A DNA stretch of 64,000 bases. Origin: a virus. Within the stretch, counting starts at the first letter, position 1; every line of letters begins with the position of its first letter. Below the pieces are notes generated by a model. That model was not told where the DNA came from. It saw only the letters and a program-made list of their open reading frames with translations, and did no database searches. The position numbers and the translations under genes were made by a program. Positions 49,866 through 59,142 of the stretch are shown one piece after another. The stretch is from IMG/VR virus record IMGVR_UViG_3300037225_000856, positions 32,001-96,000 of that record; one strand, 5' to 3'.

Positions 49866-50514
49866 AGAAAAATTACTTAAAGAGCAACAGCGAAATAAAT
49901 TACTTGAAGATTCTGGTGTCAATCTGGTTCAGGGTGCAAATTTAATATCAGTTGATATACAGCCAGAATATGAAAGTTATATTACGTTTAATTTGGATTC
50001 ATTCATAATGTTTTTAAATAAAAATATTAATGTTATAAATTCATTAACTTTCTTGTACAATGGTCAGGATACTTTGGGAATGGTAAATGAAGCAGGATAT
50101 AGAGATTGGTTATATGAAAATGGATTACAAGAAGAAGTTTTGGATTCAGCCAGATTTTATGATAAAGGATATGCGTTTTTCAGATATTGCATGGATGAAG
50201 GTATTGAAGAAGAAGAAACTGTAAATTTGGTAAAATACATGATTCAAAACAACATTAATGACAGTAGGGACATTGATGAAGAAATGTGGAATGGTTTTAT
50301 GCAAGAATATGGATATGATTCAAGTGCTGTTAGAGATTTACTTGAATCAGCAGCAGATATGATAAATATTCCAGATTTAATGGATTATTTAAGAAGATTT
50401 GGTGGAAAATTAGTAATATGCGGTGGTGGTATTAATGAATGTTTTAAAGAAGTTGAAATTGCATTAACAGCATTGGGAAAAAATTATAATGTCTTAACAA
50501 AATTTACTTATTAA
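49858..50514 (+). CDS. isochorismatase/nicotinamidase-like cysteine hydrolase fold protein
   Basis: LISVDIQPEY..DKGY..VICGGGINEC. Confidence 0.55.
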   Translation: MRKEKLLKEQQRNKLLEDSGVNLVQGANLISVDIQPEYESYITFNLDSFIMFLNKNINVINSLTFLYNGQDTLGMVNEAGYRDWLYENGLQEEVLDSARFYDKGYAFFRYCMDEGIEEEETVNLVKYMIQNNINDSRDIDEEMWNGFMQEYGYDSSAVRDLLESAADMINIPDLMDYLRRFGGKLVICGGGINECFKEVEIALTALGKNYNVLTKFTY

Positions 50515-50563
50515 TTTTATTATTATATAAGTGTGAGTTACTAAATCCTATAAAGTATTTATT

Positions 50564-50740
50564 ATGAAAAGCAAAGACAAAACAAGAACAGTTACACCAA
50601 TGGATGTAGCCAAATTTTTAGGTGTTGAAAAAGAATATAAAGAAGTTCTTTTTGAACAAGAACTGAAAGAAAATCATGATATTATTATGAGTAATAATAT
50701 CGAAGAAAATAATACTATTAGAAAAGATAACAATAAATGA
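50564..50740 (+). CDS. 58-aa peptide duplicating the C-terminal motif of the downstream ArdC-like protein (not in the ORF track)
   Basis: MKSKDKTRTVTPMDVAKFLGVEKEYKEVL..; ATGA overlap with 50737. Confidence 0.65.
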   Translation: MKSKDKTRTVTPMDVAKFLGVEKEYKEVLFEQELKENHDIIMSNNIEENNTIRKDNNK

Positions 50741-52296
50741 AAGCATTAAATGAAGCATTTGTTATAAGCAAAAGAACAGATCAGAAGGGTAATTATATTG
50801 CATATATTGACCCGAATAAGCCAGAAAACAAAGAAACTTTTAAATACAAAGACATATTTAAGAATCATGGTGCTAAATGGAATAATGATTATAAATTTTG
50901 GTTTTGGTATATAGGCAAAACAAAAGATCAATGGCAAAACGTTTACAGTCATTTCATTGAACCAGCATTAAAAGAAGTACATGCATTAGAAGGTGCTCCA
51001 GAAGAAGAAAGTGCTGCAGCATTAATATCATCACTGGATGCTCTTTTGTCAGAAATTAGTGCAACACCAACCACTACAAATCCAGAAAATGACGCTGAAC
51101 TTACGCCTGACGAAAAAAGAGCACTTATTGATAAATTAGGAAAGTTTAAAGAAACTTTGGTCAATATTGATAGCGATGAAGAATTTAAAAAAACAATGCA
51201 AATTATTTTATCTTTTAAAAATTCTCAAGGACATTCATATAGTTTCATGAATAGCATATTGATTATGATTCAAAATCCTAATGCAAGTTTAGTAAAAAGC
51301 GAAATCAACTGGAATAGATTTAATAGAAGTGTTGTTGATAAGAAAAATAGAATGATTATACGTTCTCCGAGTAAGAGAGCAATGAGACCATATTCTAAAA
51401 TTGAAAAAGAAAAAATTACTGGAGAATTTTTAAAGTCAGTTGGTAAAAATACCTATAATGAATTGGGTCCGGGTGAACGTGAACGTCTTGGCGTTCAACT
51501 TCGTGGAGCGTTTAGTGGTCATGATTTTGACTATACGTTTGTATATGATGTTTCGAATACTCAACAAATGGAAGGCAAAGAAAATTTCTTGGGTGATTAT
51601 GAAAAACGTAAAGAGATTAAATGGTTTGAAGAAAACATGATAAGTGAAGAAATCAGACCAATATATAAATCATTGCTTGATTTTGCTCAAGAAAACGGAG
51701 TTAAAATAGAATTGGTTGATGAATTGGATGGTGCAAGAGGTGTTAGTCATAATGGTATGATTCAAATTTTAAAAAACGAAGGCAATGATGTTGGTTTAAC
51801 AAAAACATTGGCACATGAAATTGCACATGAATTATTACATCAAAGTTATATGAAAAATAAGAATTCAAAATATTCACAATATTTTGTAGGTAAAGCTGAA
51901 GGCAGAGATGCTGTTGAACAACAAGCTGAATTGACAGCATGGATGGTATTAGGCTCATTTAATTTTGACTTGAAAACAACTTCCTTAAATTATGCAGCAA
52001 TGTGGGGTGCTGATAAAGATGCTATGATTCGTGTATTTGATACAGTATCTGGTGTTGTCAGTATGTTGGTGGATTATATTAGCAGGAAAATTAAAAATAA
52101 TGCAAACAATGCTGTACCACAAAATAACACAAATGCAGCTACACCACAAAATGAAACGCTTGACAATACATCAAGAACAGTTACTCCAATGGACGTAGCA
52201 AGATTTATTGGTGTTGAAAAAGAGTACCAAGATGTTTTAAATAAAAATAAAAGCGAACTGGTAGAAAATTTCTACAGTTTATTAAAAAAATTATGA
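50737..52296 (+). CDS. ArdC-like ssDNA-binding domain + zincin metallopeptidase (MPTase), with an N-terminal GAKW..W domain
   Basis: YSFMNSILIMIQNP.A..W..FNR, VYDVSNT, ARG, TLAHEIAHELLH, EQQAE. Confidence 0.8.
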   Translation: MKALNEAFVISKRTDQKGNYIAYIDPNKPENKETFKYKDIFKNHGAKWNNDYKFWFWYIGKTKDQWQNVYSHFIEPALKEVHALEGAPEEESAAALISSLDALLSEISATPTTTNPENDAELTPDEKRALIDKLGKFKETLVNIDSDEEFKKTMQIILSFKNSQGHSYSFMNSILIMIQNPNASLVKSEINWNRFNRSVVDKKNRMIIRSPSKRAMRPYSKIEKEKITGEFLKSVGKNTYNELGPGERERLGVQLRGAFSGHDFDYTFVYDVSNTQQMEGKENFLGDYEKRKEIKWFEENMISEEIRPIYKSLLDFAQENGVKIELVDELDGARGVSHNGMIQILKNEGNDVGLTKTLAHEIAHELLHQSYMKNKNSKYSQYFVGKAEGRDAVEQQAELTAWMVLGSFNFDLKTTSLNYAAMWGADKDAMIRVFDTVSGVVSMLVDYISRKIKNNANNAVPQNNTNAATPQNETLDNTSRTVTPMDVARFIGVEKEYQDVLNKNKSELVENFYSLLKKL

Positions 52297-52679
52297 GTAA
52301 TATATCATATAGTGCAGTTGTACTTGACGAACAATCAAGAGAAAGATTAATCAACAGGTTTAAATCAATAATTCCAGAAGGATTTGAAATTATTGCGCAT
52401 CATATGACTGTTAATTTGGGTGAAATTGACCCTGAATATGAAAAGTATCTTGGCTTAGCTGTACGTTTAACTGTTAATGATATTGCTATGGATGATAAAG
52501 TAATTGCAGTTGGCGTATCATCAGGAATTAATAGTCATAATACCAAAGCACATATAACATTGGCAGTAAATAAGGCAAATGGTGGCAAACCAGTGATGTC
52601 AAATTATCTAACTAATTGGGAGAAATTACGCAGACCATTATTATTAAGAGGAAAAATAACTCAAGTAGAATTTAAATAA
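52293..52679 (+). CDS. 2H phosphoesterase, tRNA-ligase CPDase-like (2',3'-cyclic phosphodiesterase)
   Basis: HHMT..AHITLAVN..GGKPVMSN. Confidence 0.75.
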   Translation: MSNISYSAVVLDEQSRERLINRFKSIIPEGFEIIAHHMTVNLGEIDPEYEKYLGLAVRLTVNDIAMDDKVIAVGVSSGINSHNTKAHITLAVNKANGGKPVMSNYLTNWEKLRRPLLLRGKITQVEFK

Positions 52680-52680
52680 A

Positions 52681-53592
52681 ATGATAACAAGACTATGTGC
52701 ATTTGATTTTGATAGTACTCTTATAGATTCTCCCCAAAAAGAAAGTGGAAAAATTCAATGGTCAGAGAAAATGGGAAAGCCACATCCATATCAAGGCTGG
52801 TGGGGTAGACCAGAAAGTCTTGATTTAAATGTTTTTAATATTAAACCATTTCCTAAAATATTGAATCTTTTAAATAAAGATGTTTCAACACCAGCTACAT
52901 ATACAATTATATTGACTTCAAGACAGGAAAAATTACGTCCTTTAGTTCAGGAAGTATTGGATGTTAATAATATTCATATTGATAAACTCGATATGCAATG
53001 TGATCAAAGAACTAAAGGTCAAAAAATTCTTGATTATACAAAGAAATTTCCAGACCTGAGAGAAATTAATGTTTACGATGACAAAGATAGTGATATTATA
53101 TCATACGAAGGAATAAGAAATTCATTACCTGAAGATATAAAATTTAATATTTATCTTGCTAATCAAGGTAGTTTAACTTTAGTTGAAGCAGAAAGTAAAC
53201 TTATATCAATTATTAAAGAAGAAGTTCAAAATTTTGTTCCTGATAATAACTATGTATATCATGGTACATATGATGGTGCTGGTTACTACATACAGCGTAC
53301 AGGTAGTATGAAGATTAATGCAGCAAATAATAATGAACCTTTTATTTCATTTACCAGCAAACCAAATGTTGCAAAATATTATGCAGATATGAAAGGCGGG
53401 TCAGCCAGAGGTATTGTACTTAGAACAAAAAAGACTGCAGACTTTACACCATCACTTAAATATAAAAAAAATGAAGGATATGAATGGGTAACAACCAGAG
53501 AAATACCAGTAGATGAATTAGAAATTAACACAAAATACGGTTGGATTCCATTGAATAATTGGGATTTTATCGATAAAGAAATAAAAAAATAA
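52681..53592 (+). CDS. RNA-repair-type HAD phosphatase fused to an ART-like domain
   Basis: FDFDSTL, WW, ILTSR, K, VYDD; linker LVE..IIKEE; YHGT..ISFT..A.YYA..YEW. Confidence 0.7.
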   Translation: MITRLCAFDFDSTLIDSPQKESGKIQWSEKMGKPHPYQGWWGRPESLDLNVFNIKPFPKILNLLNKDVSTPATYTIILTSRQEKLRPLVQEVLDVNNIHIDKLDMQCDQRTKGQKILDYTKKFPDLREINVYDDKDSDIISYEGIRNSLPEDIKFNIYLANQGSLTLVEAESKLISIIKEEVQNFVPDNNYVYHGTYDGAGYYIQRTGSMKINAANNNEPFISFTSKPNVAKYYADMKGGSARGIVLRTKKTADFTPSLKYKKNEGYEWVTTREIPVDELEINTKYGWIPLNNWDFIDKEIKK

Positions 53593-53622
53593 GATTACTG
53601 TATTTATAGTAAAATTATTCTA

Positions 53623-54444
53623 ATGATTGATATGCGTTATAAGCCAAGATTTCTTCCACAAATGAGTGCACCATTTGAAATTGTGTTAAAACAACTCGAT
53701 GAAGAAGGTGTGGATTATGAACTAATCGAAGCAGACCCAAATGATTTGGAGGCATCACAAGGAGTTACATTTTCTGATGAAGTTGAAAAATGTGAACTCA
53801 ATGATAATAATCCTATTTGGATAGCTGGTGAAAATAAAGTTTGTGACGGTCATCACAGAATGGTAAAAGCCTTACTTGATGGTGTATCGATTAAAGCAGT
53901 AAAACTTGGTTTAAACGAAAAAGATGCTTGCAGAGTTTTAAATAAAATAGAGGATATTTATGAATATCAGCAAAAACGTGGATTAGAAGAAGTTGAAATG
54001 CAAGATACAATTAATTATTATGGTGGTGATGAAAATCAATTTTTAAATACTCTGGAAGAAGATAATTTTAATATTGAAACTCCATCAGGAGAAACAAAAA
54101 CAAATCAAAAGACAATTACTGCATATCGAAAAGAACCTATAAAAGAAAATTCGGCTGTAGGAAATTTCTTTTCATTAAAACCTATTGAGGGATTTAGTAA
54201 ATATGAAATTGATTTTGACAATCTTTTGGACTTACATTCTTTGGGTGTCACATATAAAGACGGACAAGAACCTGCCGATATTCTGGCAAAAATTTGGTTT
54301 CCACACATAAATTTTGAAAAATTAAGTGAACAATATGGCATGCCTTCAGTTAATCTTAAGAATAAAGCAATTACAGAAAAAGCAATGAGTTTAGGCTATG
54401 ATGGCATTAAACTTGATGATAAATTAATACAAGGATTAAAATAA
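53623..54444 (+). CDS. ParB/Srx-like domain + ART-like C-terminal domain
   Basis: LEASQ, PIWI, DGHHR; AYR..GNFFS..YEI..LGYDGI. Confidence 0.55.
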   Translation: MIDMRYKPRFLPQMSAPFEIVLKQLDEEGVDYELIEADPNDLEASQGVTFSDEVEKCELNDNNPIWIAGENKVCDGHHRMVKALLDGVSIKAVKLGLNEKDACRVLNKIEDIYEYQQKRGLEEVEMQDTINYYGGDENQFLNTLEEDNFNIETPSGETKTNQKTITAYRKEPIKENSAVGNFFSLKPIEGFSKYEIDFDNLLDLHSLGVTYKDGQEPADILAKIWFPHINFEKLSEQYGMPSVNLKNKAITEKAMSLGYDGIKLDDKLIQGLK

Positions 54445-54453
54445 AATAAAGCT

Positions 54454-54798
54454 ATGAATACATACAGAATTACAAACCTAACAAATACCGCAGGAAAGCG
54501 TGATTTTAAATTCAATTCTTCATTAGATATTGAATACGTTGATAATATGATCAAGAAAACGGTTAGCGTAAAACCCGGGGCAAGTCTCTATTTGACAGTA
54601 CCTTCTTTACCCATGTCAGTACATAAATTAAGAGCAAAAAACTTAATTAGTGTTGTTGAGGTAAGTGCAAAAGAATTGGCAGATTCTATAAATAATGCTA
54701 AACCAAAACCAGCACCTGTGGCAGTAAAAGAAGTTGTAACTGAAGAGGTTACCAGTGAAGAAACTGCAAAAAAATCAAATAAAAGGAAAAAAGAATAA
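54454..54798 (+). CDS. hypothetical protein
   Basis: 114-aa ORF followed by a terminator. Confidence 0.55.
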   Translation: MNTYRITNLTNTAGKRDFKFNSSLDIEYVDNMIKKTVSVKPGASLYLTVPSLPMSVHKLRAKNLISVVEVSAKELADSINNAKPKPAPVAVKEVVTEEVTSEETAKKSNKRKKE

Positions 54799-54834
54799 CA
54801 AATAGTTTCTCTGATTATTTAATTAAAATTTAAT

Positions 54835-54862
54835 AATGCCAGCATTTTGTTGGCATTTATTT
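54835..54862 (+). terminator. intrinsic terminator
   Basis: AATGCCAGCA-TTT-TGTTGGCATT followed by a T-rich tract. Confidence 0.65.
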
Positions 54863-54950
54863 TTAAAATCTCTTTCATCTTTGATGATTTTCAGTTATTT
54901 TTACGTATTTATAATAAATTACATTATTTTATAATAATTTATAAACAAGT

Positions 54951-56333
54951 ATGGACGGAAAAATTAGAATATTATTTTATAATTTGGATTCGGCTGGCGT
55001 TTGCTATTTTCGCACTCTTACACCAGCACAAGAACTTCAGAGAAATCACTCAGACGAATTTTTCGTTGAAATTAATCCACAAATAGATTTTAATGACCCT
55101 AAGTATATTGATTACTTAAAAACATTTCATATAATACATTATCATCGTCAATTCTTAGGCGATACAAAAGAAATGTTAAAGTTGGCAACTGAGCTAAGAA
55201 AATCTGGTACAATATTAATGGTTGATATTGATGACTATTGGCAATTACATAAAAAGCATCCATTCTATTCTTTGAATCTTGAAAAGAAAATGCATATTCC
55301 AATATTGGAAAATTTAAAGATTGCTGATTATGTTACAACCACAACAGATTTATTTGCAAGCGAAGTTCGTAAAATAACTGGCAGGGATAATGTTGGTGTA
55401 TTTTACAATTCAATTGACCCTACATGGATGAAACAATTTCAGAATAATAGAAAACCAGACCCAGATGGTTTTGTAAGAATTATGTACGCTGCAGGAAGTT
55501 CCCATCTAGGTGATGTTGAACAACTTGAAGGCGTATTTAATGTGTTATATAATGACCCACAATTAAAAGATAAATTTAAAGTTATTCTTGCTGGTTGGGA
55601 TACTGAAGGCAATACTACTGATATTACTTTTAATCAGGATTTTGGTGACATATTACAGAAAAAAGGTTTATGGACACATGAAGTTGTTAAAGCAATTAAT
55701 AAATCAAGGGGTGACGTGGATAAAATACCTAAATTACCTGTAGACTTAAAAGAAAAATACAGGGGCAAAATTTTCAATCAACAACAAAGAGATATTAAAT
55801 CAACTGAAAGTGTTTATTTAATATATGAGAACATATTAACTGATAATCATAAAAACATTGAAAACCCTGATTATTTACAATGGCTTTCAAATTTTGAAAG
55901 AAACGTTAAATATGAAAATGAAGGTAATTATGCCAGACGTTGGACTGAAAAAGCAAATACGTATGCCAAAGTATTGGATGAAGCAGATATAGTAATTGCA
56001 CCGCTTGCAGATAATTCATTTAATTGGATGAAATCAGAACTTAAGCAAACGGAATGCTGGACAAGAAAACTTCCGATAGTATGTTCAGATATACCCCCTT
56101 ATAATATACATGGTAGACACATGGAAAACTGTGTTCTTATACCTGCAGAAAAGAATGCAAGAAAATACTGGCAGAAGTATTTAAAACGACTTATCATGGA
56201 TGAATCATTAAGAAAACAACTTGGCGAACAACTATATGAGGACTTTAAAGATGAATATAATTTGGCAACGGTTACAAAAAAACGTGCTGATTTTTATAAA
56301 GCAGCAGTTGCAAAAACATTAGCAGTAGTTTAA
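54951..56333 (+). CDS. GT-B glycosyltransferase (GT4-like)
   Basis: GVCYFR..P, VDIDDYW, ADYVTTTT, AGSSH..D, DIVIAPL..FN..KSELK..E..PIVCSD.PPY. Confidence 0.85.
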   Translation: MDGKIRILFYNLDSAGVCYFRTLTPAQELQRNHSDEFFVEINPQIDFNDPKYIDYLKTFHIIHYHRQFLGDTKEMLKLATELRKSGTILMVDIDDYWQLHKKHPFYSLNLEKKMHIPILENLKIADYVTTTTDLFASEVRKITGRDNVGVFYNSIDPTWMKQFQNNRKPDPDGFVRIMYAAGSSHLGDVEQLEGVFNVLYNDPQLKDKFKVILAGWDTEGNTTDITFNQDFGDILQKKGLWTHEVVKAINKSRGDVDKIPKLPVDLKEKYRGKIFNQQQRDIKSTESVYLIYENILTDNHKNIENPDYLQWLSNFERNVKYENEGNYARRWTEKANTYAKVLDEADIVIAPLADNSFNWMKSELKQTECWTRKLPIVCSDIPPYNIHGRHMENCVLIPAEKNARKYWQKYLKRLIMDESLRKQLGEQLYEDFKDEYNLATVTKKRADFYKAAVAKTLAVV

Positions 56334-56344
56334 ATTTTAAAAAC

Positions 56345-56791
56345 ATGAAAACAAAATTAGTAAAATCAAAAGCGATTAAAAAACTTGAAAAGAAACAAGC
56401 AAAAAAAGAGAAAAAAATACACTCTAAAGTAAAAAAGGTATTTGGCACAAGAATTGGAAAAACACCAAAAAGTAGTCTATACTTTAATGAGAATGATAAT
56501 AAGAAAGACAAAAGAAAAAATAACGAACTTGTTGATGCAATTACCAAATCAGTTATTCTTAATAAAAGAATGTTGGGTAGAGATAATTATCAACTAAAGA
56601 GAAGGCAGGAATCATATTTTCAAGAATTATATTCTGAGTTTAGAAAATTGGTGGAAAAATATAATAATGGACTTCAGGTTAAAGCAGAAAAATTAACAGA
56701 TAAAATTTCTGATCTAAAAATTGAAAAGAGTAATCTTCAATATGACGTGAAAGAACTTGAAGAAAGAAAGAAAGTATTAATGCATGATTAA
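56345..56791 (+). CDS. basic hypothetical protein with coiled coil
   Basis: 148-aa K-rich ORF. Confidence 0.5.
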   Translation: MKTKLVKSKAIKKLEKKQAKKEKKIHSKVKKVFGTRIGKTPKSSLYFNENDNKKDKRKNNELVDAITKSVILNKRMLGRDNYQLKRRQESYFQELYSEFRKLVEKYNNGLQVKAEKLTDKISDLKIEKSNLQYDVKELEERKKVLMHD

Positions 56792-57692
56792 TTTTTTTAA
56801 AAATATAATTATTTGGTGTTATATTAAAGTTCATATAATGTTGATTAATATTGGCATTATGCTCTATAGAGCAGAAGTGGATGCACAAGCAGACCCAAAT
56901 AATTTAACTGAAAGGGACAAAAAAAATCAGAGAATGATGTATCGAAATCCATTCATTGAAATGTTGGTAAGTGGTGTACGACAAGAAAAGCTAATTAATG
57001 ATTACTACGAGGTCCTGAGGAAGGCAGATAAGTTCATTCGTACAGCAACTCCATATCAAATGGCACTTGCAGCAGACAAACATGGTAGTTCATATGCTCA
57101 AAAAGACCCAAATGGTAAAAGATACGAACATTTTGGTTTTTATGACGAGAAGCACAGGCATGCTGGTAAAACAATTGGTGAAGTTTTAATTGCGGAGTAT
57201 GAAGAAAGAAGACTCAAAGATGATGACTATGAATTACTTGGTATTTACAATAACGAACCTGTTGAAGTAGGATTAGCAAAAGTTATGAATGTAATTAAAA
57301 AAATTGATGAAAATGATTTGGATTCTCAATATGAAGTAAAAGACATGACTGAAAAATCCAAGACTTTTGAATTTCCAATCAAAGTTATTCGTGAAAATGA
57401 AAATGCTATAAATAAAATTGAACAGCTTACTGAATTCTTACATATTAAAAAAATTGGTTTTGATTATCGTCAGTTAGAATTTTTAATACCGTTGAAATTC
57501 AGAACAAATGACTGTGCAGACGACAGTGATATCTTTAAAGAACTGATCAACATTAAAGAAGTTTTTCTCCGTAATGATTATGGTGAACTAACTGGTTATG
57601 GAATTATTAAATTTATAAAAAGAATACAACTAAATGATACTCATGATGTATTGAAATTTGAAGCAATTGAAATGCAAAACATGAGAACTTAA
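56784..57692 (+). CDS. hypothetical protein with hydrophobic N-terminus
   Basis: 302-aa ORF. Confidence 0.55.
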   Translation: MINFFKNIIIWCYIKVHIMLINIGIMLYRAEVDAQADPNNLTERDKKNQRMMYRNPFIEMLVSGVRQEKLINDYYEVLRKADKFIRTATPYQMALAADKHGSSYAQKDPNGKRYEHFGFYDEKHRHAGKTIGEVLIAEYEERRLKDDDYELLGIYNNEPVEVGLAKVMNVIKKIDENDLDSQYEVKDMTEKSKTFEFPIKVIRENENAINKIEQLTEFLHIKKIGFDYRQLEFLIPLKFRTNDCADDSDIFKELINIKEVFLRNDYGELTGYGIIKFIKRIQLNDTHDVLKFEAIEMQNMRT

Positions 57693-57704
57693 TACTTAAA
57701 GACT

Positions 57705-58157
57705 ATGAATCCATTTTTAGAAAATTTGAAAAAGTCTGTAGAAACTGGAGAGTTTAATTCAGAAGCAGCAAAAAAAATAATCGAAATCGATAAAAATGCA
57801 GATAATGCAAAAGGATTAATTTTAACAGAAGAAGAAAAAAATGAATTAGCCAAGAAACGTTTAGGTACTGTTTTGGAAGGTGCTGTTGTTACTGAAGAAG
57901 AAGTTTTAAAACTTAATTCAGAATACGATAAAAAAATGGCAGAGGTTAAAAAGCAGGATGCTGTTAATAAACAATTAGCAACATTAATTGAAATTGAAGA
58001 CATGGTAAAACTAAGTGTTGATGATATGGTATCCTTTATCAAAGAACTTGAAGATAAATTTAAAAAAGAATTTGATGAAAATGACCCAATTTTTGAAAAA
58101 TTGAAAACAAAAATAATAGAAACAAAACTTAAATATATATCTTTTATTAATTATTAA
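57705..58157 (+). CDS. hypothetical coiled-coil protein
   Basis: 150-aa ORF. Confidence 0.55.
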   Translation: MNPFLENLKKSVETGEFNSEAAKKIIEIDKNADNAKGLILTEEEKNELAKKRLGTVLEGAVVTEEEVLKLNSEYDKKMAEVKKQDAVNKQLATLIEIEDMVKLSVDDMVSFIKELEDKFKKEFDENDPIFEKLKTKIIETKLKYISFINY

Positions 58158-58172
58158 TTAAAAACAATTATT

Positions 58173-58646
58173 ATGGCAAAATTTGTAGAAGCATCTGAGG
58201 ATGTAGTAAAACTTTTTGATGAAGTTAGAGAAAACACAACAATCCCACAGTGGGTTGAATTCAAGGTTCTTTGTAATAATAAACAAAAAAATGACCCTTG
58301 TAAACTTGTCAAATCAAATGATCTTGTAGAAACACTCACTGAAGGATTAAACTTTGCAGTGGTAGTTAATGAAGAAATTTTTAACGGTTTACCTGATGAC
58401 ATGAAAAAGATGGCATTTGATGAATGTCTTGCTGGTGTTGGCGTTAGTGAAACTGATGCACTTTCGCTTGAAAAACCAAATTTTAATACGCATACAGGTG
58501 TATTACAAAAGTACGGACATGACCCAATTATTGTTCTTCACGAATCGATCAAAAGTCTTTATGATACTAAAAAACAAAAAGAAGACGAAGAAAAAGCAGC
58601 AAAAAAAGAAAAGAAAAGTAAGAAGGGTTTTAAAAAAGCATTTTAA
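58173..58646 (+). CDS. phage metallopeptidase-like protein, metal motif apparently degenerate
   Basis: VVVNEEIF..L..FDECL.G where HELxH would be expected; KP.F..V..KYG. Confidence 0.4.
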   Translation: MAKFVEASEDVVKLFDEVRENTTIPQWVEFKVLCNNKQKNDPCKLVKSNDLVETLTEGLNFAVVVNEEIFNGLPDDMKKMAFDECLAGVGVSETDALSLEKPNFNTHTGVLQKYGHDPIIVLHESIKSLYDTKKQKEDEEKAAKKEKKSKKGFKKAF

Positions 58647-58671
58647 TTAAAAATCAGACTTAAATTTTACG

Positions 58672-58701
58672 AATCCCGATAATCAAATGTCGGGATTTTT
58701 T
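58672..58701 (+). terminator. intrinsic terminator
   Basis: AATCCCGATA-ATCAAA-TGTCGGGATTTTTT. Confidence 0.75.
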
Positions 58702-58733
58702 ATTTATTAGTATTTATAGAAAAATCTTTTATA

Positions 58734-59132
58734 ATGGCTTCATATAATATTACCTTTCCATTAAATGATGATGTCAGCACAAATACTTATTTTTTAATGA
58801 GTAAAGTGACCAAAGACGCATTCAGTTCTGACTTGTTATTACTCTTGCTTACGAATAAAGGTGAAAGATATTATGAACCAATGTTTGGAACAAACATGTT
58901 GAAATACATATTCGAACCGAATGATAATTTAAATGCAAATGATATTGAACAAGAAATTAAAACAACAGTATCGACATATATTCCAGCACTTACAATTAAT
59001 AGTGTAACATTTAATTGGCTTACAGATGATGAAGGAAATCCAATATCAGAAAATCAGATAAATGTTAATATTAAATTTACATTTAGCGAAGATGCTTTTA
59101 GTGAAAAAGGTGAATTAGATTTAAACTTTTAA
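58734..59132 (+). CDS. baseplate wedge protein, GPW/gp25 family
   Basis: NITFP..LLLLTNKGERYYEPMFGT..YIFEPN. Confidence 0.9.
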   Translation: MASYNITFPLNDDVSTNTYFLMSKVTKDAFSSDLLLLLLTNKGERYYEPMFGTNMLKYIFEPNDNLNANDIEQEIKTTVSTYIPALTINSVTFNWLTDDEGNPISENQINVNIKFTFSEDAFSEKGELDLNF

Positions 59133-59142
59133 AATATAAAAT

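Noticed and set aside
54847-55086. 79-aa ORF upstream of the GT4-like gene
   Set aside because: Begins at a TTG inside a terminator hairpin and overlaps the real gene out of frame
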